A program made the translations under genes and the position numbers. Under the pieces are notes generated by a model. It saw only the letters and a list, made by a program, of their open reading frames with translations, ran no database searches and was not told where the DNA came from. From assembly GCA_951406725.2 (NCBI GenBank), contig OX597823.1:77996001-78060000 (forward strand): DNA of 64,000 bases. The letters are read 5' to 3'. Positions within the stretch are counted from its first letter, which is position 1, and every line of letters starts with the position of its first letter. Below, piece by piece: positions 1-13,977 of this stretch. Origin of the DNA: Octopus vulgaris (Eukaryota).

Positions 1-122
1 TATATATGTATCTATATATACATATGTATATATATATATGTATGTATATATGTTTATATATATATATATGTGTGTGTATATGTATGTATATATAGATACA
101 TATATATATATATACATATATA
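1..122. repeat. (TA)n/(TATG) microsatellite
   Basis: Directly visible simple repeat. Confidence 0.95.
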
Positions 123-810
123 TCATTATGAATATATAGTGGAATTCATATTAAAAGATGATGCATTAAAGGTTATTTATTGATGTTCATATTTTAGTTT
201 TGTCGTTAGGTTATTCTTGACAAGTAAATGAGTCTCTCAATGTTTGGTCTCTTTATTCATTCGTACCTAATTATTACAATTATAATGATTTTTTTTTCTC
301 CCTGTGTATTGTTGTCATCACTAATAGTTAACTTCACATGACTCATTGCTATCAGGCAATTTGATATTTTCTCTTAGTGTTGTGTTGATATTTTCTGTTT
401 GCTCATTTCAGAGTTTCGAATGTAATTACCACAATATTCAATATCAATTGATATCATCTTGCATTATTAACTGCCACAGTAATATTTCTTGTAGTTGAAT
501 AGTAATTGACTTAGGTATTTGTCAGTAAATGCTTATAATGTACCACCCTCCTCTTAAAAGGAAGAAAAACCAGGCAAACATAAATACACAAAAGTAATGG
601 ATACATATAACAGATCCATGGTTGTATGGATTATTGATGGTATTTTTCCAGTAAAAGTTCCCAAGTTGCAAGAAACAACAGCCAAAGTTTCTCAAATTAC
701 TTACTAGTCTTAGCTGAGGAAGGATATGCTAGATTAGTGCGTCCCAACTGTAGCTTCTTGGAGGATTCTTGAGAGGTTACTTGATGGTCCCTGAGAAATA
801 GTGATTGCCG

Positions 811-1060
811 TCATCATTGGTATCATTCTTTCCGATTTCCATGATGGCATGGGTTTGCTGGTTTGACCAGAGCTAGCAAGCTGGGAAGCTACACTAAGTT
901 CCAGTCTGATTTGCCTTGGTTTCTATAGCTGGATGCCATTCCTAATGCCAACCACTTTATAGTGCATGCTGGGTGCTTTTTACAAGCTACCTGCACTAGC
1001 GCTTTTAAATGGCACCAACACAAGTGCTTTTTATATGGCACTGACTCTTGCAGGTCACAT
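811..1060 (-). mobile_element. Retroposon family C copy ((GAT)n-tailed), degenerate
   Basis: Shares ttccatg..gcatgggtt..gctggatgcc.ttcctaatgccaaccac core with copies at 6283, 21251, 25579, 50612. Confidence 0.75.
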
Positions 1061-1556
1061 CCCCTTTACCAGGGGATGTGACCTTAACACTTCTGCTGTA
1101 GAAAACAGGTCTTGATAAATAGAGTAATTATATGCTAATGCATTTCTGAGTAATTTTGGAGCTCAAAATGTGCTCAAGGTGGTTGTTGGTGCAATGGATA
1201 ATAATTTTGTGGATGTTTACCAAGTCAGTTGTCAGACATCAGAACTTCAATGTATTTATGACCAGGGAAACAAGGCATTCAGAATATGGTAGATGCATGA
1301 TGGAGGGTATTCACTTGGTTGTATGTCTTTGAACAGTTTCCAGAGCCTGATTGTACCATTTTTATTTCTAGCTTTACAGTGTTATCATGGCCACTCCGCT
1401 AGTAATATTAATCAGATCTTCTGGATTTTCAATTACATGGACTCTCTACATTACATCTGTTTATAAGTGATTACTGCATAGACTGATAGCCTAGTCTGTA
1501 AGAGGAGCTTTCTGTGATAGCTGCATGATTCACTGATTCCTTATTTTAAACTGCTC

Positions 1557-1588
<32 letters not shown>

Positions 1589-2513
1589 TGCAGCCATCAA
1601 TATTTTATACAGATTTTTATATAAGAAAGCAGAAGCATATGAAAGTACTTTTGAACAAAATATTTTTGTTTGTTTTTGCATATCTGTAAAGCCCATGCTG
1701 GAGCATGGTTTGCACAGATATGTTGAGAATTAAGGGATTAGATACATTGTAGCAATGTTATTGCATAGCAGCAGATAGGTATTCATCTACCTGCTCTTAG
1801 ATAATAATTGTAAATCTCCTGCAGGTGTTTTGTTGTAGTTTTTCAAGACACAACACCTTTCTCTGTACAATGTTCTAAATCACAAAAGATAGGTTTCTTA
1901 TCCTGTGAAAGATTTCTTCTATTTATTGTATGCCTGTAAGTTAGAGGTAATCACCAAATTATCACCAAATCATAAAATCTGATTGAAGATAATAAGGTAT
2001 TTATGTTATATTATAAGATCTAAAGCATTAATCTAGGGAAAACATAAGGACTATAATGGCATGCCAAATTCTACATGTCTTAGAATATTTCTAGAAACTA
2101 GATCCTTCTAAATCATGTAAGCAAACATGTTTTGTGAATTATGAGCTGCAGTAATCCTGATAAATGACATTTTCATATATTATCACTCAATACCATTTCA
2201 TTTTGAGAATTTTTTTATATATATATATATATAAGAAATATTACTATTTATTTTAATCAGGCTGAGTATTTATATAAAAGATATTAATAATTTTTATATT
2301 ATAAAGTACAAAAATAAAAGCCAAAAAGAAGGATAATAATGATATATTAATGATAAAGAAAAAAACAAACTAACACAACACAATACAATACAAGGGAAAA
2401 TGTTCACACTCTCAACAACAATAAACATACAATGCTGCACACACCTCACCAACACGGGGGTGTATCAAGTGATGCAGTAGAAATTTTCCCGAAATTACTA
2501 AATATTGAACAAT

Positions 2514-2519
<6 letters not shown>

Positions 2520-2588
<69 letters not shown>
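2520..2588. repeat. (TAA)n microsatellite, 5' flank of R4/Dong-like insertion
   Basis: Pure AAT run. Confidence 0.95.
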
Positions 2589-2592
<4 letters not shown>

Positions 2593-2602
2593 TATATATA
2601 CC

Positions 2603-3316
2603 ATACATGTGCATTGGACCTCTGTAGAATGTATGGGAAGAGGGTCGAAAGTGTGACTCACATTGTTAGTGCTTGTGAAAGCCTTGTGCAGAAAGAGTAC
2701 AAGCACAGACATAACAAAGTAGCCCAAAACCTCCACAGGCTACTATACTGTAATTATGGATATGAGGTTACAAGTGCTTGGTACCAATATACAGTGGAAA
2801 AGGTAATGGTTGAAAAGGGGAAAGCAAAAATCCCCTGGGACTTTGACTTCCAAACAGACAAAGTGTTAGAGCACCAAAGGCCAGCTATAGTAACCTTTAA
2901 GAGGGACAAACAAGAGTGCCTCATAAACAACGTAGCAGTGCCAGGAGATTAACATATCATCATTAAAGAAAGAGAAAAAAGTTGATAAATATGGAGACCA
3001 GAGAATTGAGATCTCTAAGATGTGACAGCTACGAGAGTCAAACATAAAGGTTATCCCTATTGTCATCGGAGCATTGGGTTCAACATCATCCAGTCTGAAA
3101 AAAACATCTGAAAACCTTAGAAATACCCTATAATCTAGATGTATTGCAAAAGTCGGTATTACTTGGAACTGCATGTATATTGCATAAGGTACGGTTTCTC
3201 TGAAGTCCTTGTTGTGACTTGGCAAACAGTACACCCACCCCTGTAGATACAATATGTTCAACCTCACTATATTGTATACTGTGCAACTTCTATAATAATA
3301 ATGCTAATAATAATAA
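2603..3316 (+). mobile_element. 5'-truncated RLE-type non-LTR retrotransposon (R4/Dong-like), pseudogenised
   Basis: Translation gives decayed CCHC knuckle (CRMY..ESVTHIVSAC), RHNKV, KIPWDFDFQTD..RPAIV (decayed PD motif), KEREK..KY, IPIVIGALG and LQKSVLLGTA, with stops and frameshifts; ends in taataataat. Confidence 0.85.
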
Positions 3317-3805
3317 CACCACAAAACTTTCCATATGCTGTTTGCTGATATATGTTAAATTAGATAATTTATGAGGAAGTGTCTGACAAGCATAAATTAT
3401 GAAGATTATGGAATTAGATTAATTAGAGCAATATTTCAGATTACTGCTCTTCCATACATCCAAATATATTAGAACATATGTATGTAGACACACATGAACA
3501 CAAGCACGTACGCACATATCAACACACTGGATTGGTTATTTATACACATAGTTATGTGTGGGCATGTGGTCTGGTGGTTAAGATGTTTGACTCACAATCA
3601 TATGGTTGAGTGTTCACTTCCTGGATCGAGTGGTGTGTTGCAATGTTATTGGCCAATTACTTCATATATGTATACAAGTAAGCACAAAGGTACAAATCAG
3701 GTGAAAAAACAGCACTCAAATACCAAAGGTACAATAAAATAAAGCTGAAAAATCTTTTAAAACTCTTTCTCCAAGTAGTAAAATAAAATAGTGTATATAT
3801 ATATA

Positions 3806-4244
<439 letters not shown>

Positions 4245-4284
4245 ATAATAATTCTCTAAAAGGGATATAGACAGTAACTGCTCG

Positions 4285-4519
4285 ATAACATAAGGGACTA
4301 AAGCCATCTGAATATGGCTAGGGACAGGGCAGGGTGGTGGGGGTGTTACTGTTGCATTTAGCCCCAGGCGAACATCGACGTCACCAGAAAGGCTCGACAC
4401 CTTGACGGTGTCGAGCCTTTCTGGTGACGTCGATGTTCGCCTGGGGCTAAATGCAACAGTAACACCCCCACCACCCTGCCCTGTCCCTAGCCATATTCAG
4501 ATGGCTTTAGTCCCTTATG

Positions 4520-4523
<4 letters not shown>
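4285..4523. repeat. Perfect inverted repeat, 117-bp arms, 5-nt spacer
   Basis: 4285-4401 is the exact reverse complement of 4407-4523; spacer ttgac. The ORF track gives the same peptide on both strands. Confidence 0.97.
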
Positions 4524-4584
<61 letters not shown>

Positions 4585-4685
4585 TACACAATATTATATA
4601 TATATGGCCACTGGGCCATATATATATTTATATATTTACACACTATTTTATATATATATATATATATTTATATATATTTACACAC

Positions 4686-4727
<42 letters not shown>

Positions 4728-5445
4728 TCAGAGCACCAAGGAGTCTGAATTAAACTGTTTTGATTTATATGTATAACTCCCAACAAAATTAAAGGGTCCT
4801 CTTCAACCTGTGTTGTCTCTGTTTCTTTACCAATCCATTTTCAAAGTGTAACTTAATGCAGTCTTGTGTGTATTCATTTCATACATATTTGAAATAATTT
4901 ACTAATAACAATGAGGGAGCTGATGCATAGCCACTTGGCCTGTTAGAAATAGCAGCCAAACCTCTCTCAGATCATCTTAAAAACAACAAACATATATTGG
5001 TTTGCATGTTCATTGGTGCCAACTCTTTGATAATAAGTCTGTTGGATCGGTATTGTTTTGGTAGCTAAACAAAATAAACATTGAACAAATTACAAACCAA
5101 GTAGAGACTGTTTATATGTTGCTCATCTCACTTGGGATTTCTAATTAATATTACCAAAGCTTGTGCTCTTATGCAAGTGAGACAGACTAATTTACATCTG
5201 TCATATGTGCATATACTACAAATAGTTATAATCTATTCTCTCTGTGGCTTGGAAATGAGTAAATACTCTCTGATGAAATATTAATAAATGCTGAAACTAA
5301 TCAGTTCATTTTCTTTGCCTGGTCACTCAGAGAAAACATCCATGGTTTAATCACAGTGTCTGCTTACTGAATTTGTATTGTATGTTTACTAAAACACAAA
5401 CCTTGTTATTTTACCTTCACATCTACACATTCTTTTATTTTATAT

Positions 5446-5810
5446 TCTTTTACTTGTTTCAGTCACCTGACTGTGGCCATTCTGGAGCACCGTCTTTAGT
5501 CAAACCGACCAGCCCCAGAACTTAGTCATTGTATGCCTAGTACTCATTCCATTGGTATCTTTTGCAAAACTGTTACAGGGACGTAAACACACAAACATCG
5601 GTTGTCAAGTGAATGTGGGGGGCACAAATACACACACACACACACTTATATATATATACAACAGGTTTCTTTCAGTTTCCGTCTACCAAATCTACTTACA
5701 AGGCTTTGGTCGGCCCAAGACTATAGTAGAAAACACATGCCCAAAGTGCCCCACAATAAGACTGAACCCTGAACCATCTAGTTGGTAAGCAAGCTTCTTA
5801 CCACACAGCA
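5446..5810 (-). mobile_element. SINE family A (tRNA head, CORE-like segment, internal microsatellite)
   Basis: Matches the cleaner copy at 13440-13892. Confidence 0.85.
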
Positions 5811-6282
5811 ACGTCCATGTGTCCATGTGTATATACATATGAATGTATATATGAATGTATGTACGAAAATGTTGGGACAGATAAATGACAGAATTTACCT
5901 GGAAATCAGTAAAACAGACAACAGACATAGACACACTGAGCCCCTCATCAGTTGTTGACTAACATTACTCACCCTGTCAGCACCTTCCAATGATATTGCT
6001 CAATTTGGTAGTGTTAGCATCATAAGCTGTTGGAGTGTAGATGAACAGAAATGATTGATGAATAAGGACAGAAAAAATAATCAAGACCAGGACAGTCACA
6101 TAAAAATGAGAGTATCAGGACCAACTGCTAAATATAGACGATGTGTAAGGGTAACTGGGAAAAGAAACATAACCAAGGGCTTCACCTTGCATCAACATTG
6201 ACTCATTTCAATGATTCTTTCTAGCAATGGCTTTGCACGTATACAAGAAAGCAGCTAAGATATATATATATATATATATATA

Positions 6283-6750
6283 TCATTATCATCATTATCA
6301 TTTAACGTCTGCTTTCCATGCTAGCATGGGTTGGACGATTTGACTGAGGTCTGGTGAACCAGACTTCAATCTGATCTAGCAGAGTTTCTACAGTTGGATG
6401 CCCTTCCTAATGCCAACCACTCCAAGAGTGTAGTGGGTGCTTTTATGTGCCACCGGCATGAGGGCCATTGTGGTGGTACTGGCAACGGCCATGCCCAAAT
6501 GGTGCTTTTTATGTGCCACCTGCACAGGAGCCAGTCCAGCAGCACTGGCAACGACCTCACTCGAATTTTTTTCACCTGCCACCAGCACAAGTGGTAGTAA
6601 GGTGACGCGTTAACGATCATGCTCTAATGGTGTGTTTAATGTGCCATTGGCATGAAGGCCACCTTGTTGCTCTGGCAACGATCTCACTCGCATATTACTC
6701 TTAGCACTCCACTAGTAACAGATGCCAGTCACTGAGTTTGATTATGACTT
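6283..6750 (-). mobile_element. Retroposon family C copy
   Basis: catcat..tttaacgtc..ttccatgctagcatgggttggacg..ggatgcccttcctaatgccaaccac, plus internal gtgcc..ggca repeats. Confidence 0.85.
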
Positions 6751-6851
6751 TCGTTTTATATATATATGTATATATATATACATGTATGTATTATTATTTG
6801 ATCATTTGAAGTGTTTAGTTCCTGTCAACTGTTTCCATGATGAATATATAT

Positions 6852-6916
<65 letters not shown>

Positions 6917-8186
6917 TTGGCTGTTGAGTACAATAGTGATTTTATTTGGAAAGTTTTCTCTTTATTTATAAATAACAGCTATAATATTAAATTGTATTTC
7001 TTTCGTATTAACATTTTCTGACAAACAAAAAGTGTTGCCATTCATATAATTTCCTCTTTCAAGTATTGGAAATACAAATATCAAATAACAGATTTTGAAA
7101 GTCTGGTTTCTTAAATAACTTGAAATAACTCGTTGGATTTATTTCAAAAACCTGTTGTTAATTTTAATATTACAAACAATTATTGTTTTCATCAGTCTTA
7201 TGAACTTGTATTATTTTTTTTTCTCTAATTTTATATCTTTTTTTTTCTGTTTTTTTTTTTGTCTGATTTTAGTAATATCTTAGACTCATATATGCTTCAC
7301 TGAATTAGTTGTTAAACTACTTGTCTTTTCACCTCAAATATATTCAGTCGGTCTTATTATCATGTGAATCTAATATCTCAGACTTTGATTCAAACATTTT
7401 ATGTTGCATTTTGGCAAAGTTATATTGTCCACTTAAACATATACACCATTGAATTTTATCTTGTATCATTAATCTTATTATAGGTAACTTTTGTGAAAGT
7501 GGCTTTATTTTTTTTTTGCATTAAGTGCAGGTTGTGTGGTTTAGACAATTGATTTGTAGTCAAATGGTTTCAGGTTCAACCCCACTGTATGTCACCTTGT
7601 GTTATATACCAGGGAAGACCAGTGCCTTAAGAATGAATTTGACCGATGGAATCTGTGTGGAAATCCATTGTGCATGTGATTGTATATGTGTGGGTGTGTG
7701 TGATTGTGTATGTGTGAGTGTGTGTGACTGTGTATGTGTGTGTGAGTGTGTGTGATTGCGTTATGCATGTTGTTGTTGTTCTTAAGCAACAAGACAGGTA
7801 AGGGTGAATAGGTGATGGTCTACGGCGGGAGACCCCAGACCTTGGAAAAAAAAACAACTTTAGTCATCTTGTTGTAGTCGAGAGCTTTTTGTTGACGCCC
7901 AACCCCACTGGGAGGTGGCCCTCAAAGTCGCTGGAAATGGAGATCTCCAGGTCCAAATTCTTGAACGGCCATTATGTGTGTGTAAACGTGTGTGATTGTG
8001 TCTGTGAGTGTGTGTAACTGTGTATATGTGTGTGATTGTGTATGTGTATATATGTGATTGTGTATGCATGTGTGTGTGTGTGAGTGTGACTGTGTTTGTT
8101 ACCCTCACTACCTCCACTTGAGAACCATTGTTTGTTTATGTACTTGTAACTTACCAGTTTACTAAAAGAGACATAAAAATATGTAC

Positions 8187-8333
8187 ATGGTAAGAAGCTT
8201 GTTTCCCAACCACATGGTTCTAGGTTCAGTCCCACTGTGTAGCACCTTAGGCAAGTGTCTTCTACTATAGCCTCAGGCCGACCAAAGACTTGTGGGTGGA
8301 TGTGGTAGCTGGAAACTGAAAGAAGTCTGTCCA

Positions 8334-8365
<32 letters not shown>

Positions 8366-8990
8366 ATGTTTGTGTGCCTGTGTTTGTCCACCGTCCCACC
8401 ATTGCTTAACAACAAATGTTGGTGTGTTTATGTCCCCGTAACTCAGCGATTCAGTGAAGGAATTGATCGAATAAACACTAGGCTTACAAAGAACAAGTTC
8501 TGAGGTTGATTTGTTCAACTAAGTGTGGTGCTCCAGCATGGCTGTACTCAAATGACTGAAACAAATAAATGAAAACGACATTAATGTGTTCATTAGCCAT
8601 ATGACTGCAGGAATAGCTGTGTGGTAAGAGGTTTCTTTCCCAACCACATGGTTCCAGGTTCAGTCCCACTGCATAGCACCTTGGGCAAGCATCTTGTACT
8701 ATAGTTTTGGTCTGGCCAAACCCTCATAAGTGGATTTGATTGATGGAAACTGAAAGAAGCCTTTCATATGTGTGTGTGTGTGTGTGTTTACGTCTGTGTT
8801 TGTCTCCCACCACCACTTGACAATGCATTTATGTGCTTGTAACTTAACAGTTTGGCAAAAGAGATTGATAGAATAAGTATCACATTTAGAAAAAAATAAA
8901 TACTAGGGTCAATTTATTTGACTAAAATTTCTTCAAGATAGTGCCCCAGCATGGCCAGTCTAATGACTGGAACAAATAAAATGTGAAAGA
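8187..8990 (+). mobile_element. Two tandem SINE family A copies (about 8187-8572 and 8607-8990)
   Basis: gtggtaag..ccaaccacatggttc..ggttcagtcccactg..gcacctt.ggcaag heads and ccagcatggc..atgactg.aacaaataaa tails. Confidence 0.85.
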
Positions 8991-9982
8991 TGAAAGATAA
9001 AAATTAATCACCATTGTTTATTTTTATGATTTCATCAAAGTTCTATGATCTAGAACATACAAGGAAAAAATTTGTATATATGGTTTTTAAACATAAATCA
9101 ATTAGTTTCACTTCTGTTTGAATAATATACTATTATAGTTTTGAATAAATGGAAACATGAAAGTGATTTTTACAACTTTCCCATACATCAGAAAATGAAA
9201 ACATATTATATATTTTTTCATAAAAATATTGAAAATAAAATGAGAGGAACTGGATTTACACCATTTTACTTTCTCCTTTAACTAGAGAGAAACATTTGGT
9301 TTATCGAAAAATTTCTGCTACTTTGGAACTATTTTCTTGTCTTTCTTTGCTGCTTAAACAAGGAACCTTAGAAAAGAATGCTTCACAATTAACTTTAATA
9401 ATGTTAAATGAGTTTTCACTTTGCCATTGCAATTAATTAATCATTTTGAATGTAAATTATAAATAAAACCTTCAACTATTGTAAGTCCCACAACCGTTAG
9501 AATTTTGTTTTTTTTCCCCTTTCTTATTTTGTGATGTAAATTCTTGATGCTATTCAAGGAATTTACCTTATATTCTGATCTATAAATCAACTTTGTTCTT
9601 TTATATTTGATTCAAAAAGTAAAACAGCTTTAAACATTTTTGATTAACAATTGCACTTATGTAGAATGTTTAAGTTAATTAGTGATGAGAAAAATAAAAT
9701 AATTACTTTTCAATGGGAAAATTTAATCAGCACTGCTCTATACTTAACTTGATGTATCTGATATAAGTTGCTTTGCTAAAGTGAAATTAAAGATTTGTCT
9801 TAAAAATGCATAAACTCTGTTGCTACAAAACCTATATGTTTTTTTTTTTCATTTTTGTAAAACAGAAGCTTACTCAGTAAAATAAGTTTTAGCTTCTGTA
9901 TCTGGAGTTAAGTGTCTTTCCAAAAGTTAATGTAACTTCTACCATGTATAAAGATACAGTTAAATCATAATATGAAATTATA

Positions 9983-10210
9983 TATTTCTTTACTTCCCAC
10001 AAGGGGCTAAACACAGAGGGGACAAACAAGGACAGACAAACGGATTAAGTTGATTATATCGACCCCAGTGTGTAACTGGTACTTGACCCTCAAAGGATGA
10101 AAGGCGAAGTCGACCTCAGCGGAATTTGAACCCAGAACGTAACGGCAGACGAAATATGGCTACGCATTTCACCCAGCATGCTAACGTTTCTGCCAGCTCA
10201 CCGCCGCCTT
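9983..10210 (-). mobile_element. SINE family B with 16-bp TSD
   Basis: Reverse complement of ggcggtgagctggcagaaacgttagc..gtaaagaaata; ataatatgaaattata duplicated at 9967-9982 and 10213-10228. Confidence 0.92.
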
Positions 10211-10809
10211 ATATAATATGAAATTATAATCAAGCATTTATTATAGAAACTCATTTACTCCATTTAAAATCACCTGGCCTTTGTTTTTCTGTCTGTCTAC
10301 TGTGTCCTTGTGTGTGTATATATATGTATGCATTTGTGTATGTATGAGTCTACATGTGTCTGTTTGTGCGTGCGTGTGATGGTAAGTCAATTATATACAC
10401 CAATTTCTGTTGGCACTTTATAGAGTAAGGTTGATAGTTGATGTATCACGATGCTATAGACTAATTTACTCACATTGTAATTATTGTCTCTGGGTAGTGA
10501 TGTTGATATTTCAAAGAGAAATTTACATTTATCTTTCACAGTGAGATGGAATACAACAGGCAATCAATCCAACTTTATTAACAAGTCTTCATGACTCTCT
10601 TAATCAATATTCAAGTCGAATTTTTAACCTAATTGTTTAGAATTAAAAAAAAAAAGTAAAGTCTCTCAGTGTACAACTTTGATCTTATTGGCTTAAAGCA
10701 AATACAGATTAAACATTCTTTTGAATATTCTACCAGTCTGTGTCAAGCAGTGTTCCTTGATAATCTGGTTCCTATTTCCAACTGCTAAATAAACTGAGTC
10801 TATTATATA

Positions 10810-11241
10810 CTAGCAGTATAGCCTGGGGTTTTTTAGTTGTGCTTAAAACGGCAGACTTTGATGTCACGTTAAAAAAGTTTTGACGTAGTTTCAATCTTTT
10901 TTGAAAAGTAAAAATTTTGCATTATGTAGCTTGTTATATTCTTTAAATGAACATTTTTCTGGTTGAAATACACAGAAAAATGGCGACACAGCAGTCAAAA
11001 CATCATTAAAAAATTGAGATTTTCATAAAAAAAGCACCTTTTTGATGTAAATAATTTTTTATCTTAACATGGTCCGATTTGAATTTTTTCTTCTACAGAA
11101 TGAAGAGCAGGCCTGCTTTATCATACTCTCAATTTTGGTCAACTTGTGCCACAGGGTCTCGGAAGAGATAGTGTTAGTTGAAGGCTACCAAACCTGCCAC
11201 ACACACACACACACAGACAACTTCAGCTTTATATGTATAGA
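10810..11241 (-). mobile_element. Non-autonomous Helitron-like element
   Basis: Minus strand starts TC and ends CTAG, inserted between A and T without TSD; second copy at 35630-36018. Confidence 0.7.
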
Positions 11242-11525
11242 TTTTGTCACAAGCACCAATGCCATCAGCAAATTTTGAACTCTCAATCAACGAGCAACTG
11301 ATCCAGTGACTCATCCATTCCACTATTTTACTGATGCTACTTATGGCTTGGTAACCACAAACTAGATCCTGTGGCCTTTGATTTCCAAAGTGACAATCTT
11401 ACATCCTCTTTTGTAAATTGCAAATCCTATGGGTCCTACTCAAGGACACAATGCATCACTGGGAATTGAACTCATGACCTTACAATCGTGGGCAGAATGC
11501 CCTAACCACTAAGCCATGCACCATC

Positions 11526-11557
<32 letters not shown>

Positions 11558-11572
11558 TTATTACATATTATT

Positions 11573-11653
<81 letters not shown>

Positions 11654-12704
11654 GTTGGGTTCAAGCAATCTTCTTTGTTGTTCAGAAAATTAATTGTGCT
11701 TTGATGATCTTTAATCACAATATGTCGCTTCCTGCAGCATTAAAATTCTTTATATCAGTGGTTTTCAAACTAATAAATATCAGGACCCTACAAAAGTATC
11801 AGTGAAATTTTTTGCCTTCCTCCCACTGGACTTTGTTAATGAGAAAACATAACAGAGTTTGCGTCCATAGTTATTCTTTATTTTTTGCCATTATATCGGG
11901 CAATTTCTAAAACCTTCTTAATTGTTTTAAACATTGCAATTTGTCTGCTCCCTTTCTGATCTCATCCTCTATCCCTATAAAAAAAAAGCACTGGTCTGTA
12001 ATGCTTTGATGTGATCCTTAATGTATCCATTCTTTCCATTATCATTTATTTCTATTCATTCTTTCTATTTCTATGTCCATGTCAAGCCTGAGCCAGTAGA
12101 CCCATTATCAAAAACATTCCAGCTATGAATATCCTCTCCTTTTAGTGGTATCAAGAGTTGCAGTATGCAAAGTGGCTTCAGATGATTAGCTTGAATTGAT
12201 AGAAGCATGTTTGTTTTTTTCTAGCAATTCGAACAACTATGTAGAGGTTTCGTCCATGACTTCATGTCCTTGTAGTGGGTAGTGTTTTAGATGAAATCTT
12301 CTTAGAGTGCATCATTCTTTCGTTTTCTTTAATATTGTACAGAAATTGTGTTTTTCCTTTGCTCTGATGAAGTCATAGGGGTTCTCTTGTGATATTCAAT
12401 GATACTCAGTGTGTCTCAGGCATCTAAATGCGGTGAGGCTTGTTGCATGTGTCAGGCTTGAATGTGGTCAGTTTTTGTTTTTTTTGCCCCCAAAAGAGAG
12501 AAAGAGAAAGGAAATCAGCTTTGCTACTGGACTGAGGTTTTACTTATTGATTCCAAGAAGAATGAAAGGCAAATTTGAGATCCCTTGGATTTGAATTCAC
12601 GATGAGGAGAACCAGAACAAATACTGCAAGCAATTCTATGTAATGATAAGGCACATGACTTAGTGATTAAAGAGTTGGACCAATGATTGTAAGATTGTGA
12701 TTTC

Positions 12705-12845
12705 TGGTACTTAATTTATCGACCTTGAAAGGATGAAAAGCAAAGTCTACCTTCATGGAATTTGAACTCAGAACATAAAGACAGACGAAAAAACTGCTAA
12801 GCATTCAACCCGTCATGCTAATGATTCTGCCAGCTTGCCACCTTA
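12705..12845 (-). mobile_element. SINE family B partial copy within a cluster of fragments (about 12520-13280)
   Basis: gaaaggatgaaa.gcaaagtc..ggaatttgaactcagaac motif recurs several times. Confidence 0.75.
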
Positions 12846-13287
12846 GAGGCAAAGACAATATTGGCATAATTTGAATTCGGGGCATAAACACAGAAGAAAT
12901 TCTGCAAAGCATTCTGTCCAGTGTGCCTACAAGTCTGCCAGCTCACCATCTCTATGTAATGCATATTGACCTCAGCAGGATTTGAACTCATAGTTGATCA
13001 GAGGACCAGAATATCTACTGCATGGTGTTGTGTCTAATGCTCTAAATCACTCTGCTGAAACACCTCCAATTCTTTCTAATTTTGGTACAAGGCCAGCAAT
13101 TCTGAGGGTGAATGAATAAGATGATTGCATCAAGCCCAATGCTTGATTTGTGATTAATTCCTTAATCATGAGAGAATGAAAGGACAAATCAATCTCTTTT
13201 TGAGAATTTGAGCTCAAGACATAAAGCTGGAAGAAACTCCAGTAAACATTTTGTCTGGTGTGCTCATGATACTACCAGCTCAGTACT

Positions 13288-13662
13288 TTAACACTTTAGC
13301 ATTTAAACTGATCATATCTGGCCAAAATATTCAGCTATTTTTACATTCAAACTGGCCAGATCCAACATCTTATACCTGCCCTGCAATATCATTCTTGAAA
13401 TGCACGATCACATCTTCAAAATCTTGAAGCTATGAGGTACTCTTTTACTCTTTTACTTGTTTTAGTCATCTGACTGCGACCATGCTGGAGCACTGCCTTT
13501 AGTTGAGCAAATCGACCACAGGATTTATTCTTTATAAGCCTAGTATTTATTCTATCGGTTCTCTTTTTGCTGAACCGCTAAGTTACAGGGATGTAAACAC
13601 ACCAGCATCGGTTGTCAAGTGATGGTGGAGGGGGGACAAACACAGACACACAAACATACACG

Positions 13663-13724
<62 letters not shown>

Positions 13725-13977
13725 TACATATACGACAGGCTTCTTTCAGTTTCCGTCTACCAAATCTACTCACAATGCTTTGGTCGACCCGAGGCTATAG
13801 TAGACGACACTTGTCCAAGGTACCAAGCAGTGGGACTGAACCCGGAACCATGTGGTTGGTAAGCAAGCTACTTACCGCACAGCCACTCCTGCCCCTAGGT
13901 AGTGCATGATTAATTCAAAACAAGGTGAATAAATAAGTATTAAACTTGAGTGAGTAATCTGAATACTAAAGGGTTAA
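13288..13977. mobile_element. TTAA-bounded piggyBac-type MITE interrupted by a SINE
   Basis: ttaacactttagcatt ... aatactaaagggttaa termini; uninterrupted relative at about 58572-58745. Confidence 0.65.
13440..13892 (-). mobile_element. SINE family A, full-length well-preserved copy
   Basis: Minus strand gcaggagtggctgtgcggtaagtagc..gggttcagtccc..accttggacaagt (CORE-like); short aggta duplication at the flanks. Confidence 0.92.

Noticed and set aside
5266-5306. ctgatga..gaaac hammerhead-like spacing
   Set aside because: Stems I and II do not pair convincingly.
11757-11992. Possible hAT MITE (cagtggttttcaaac...aaagcactg)
   Set aside because: Right TIR is poor and the 8-bp flanks do not match.
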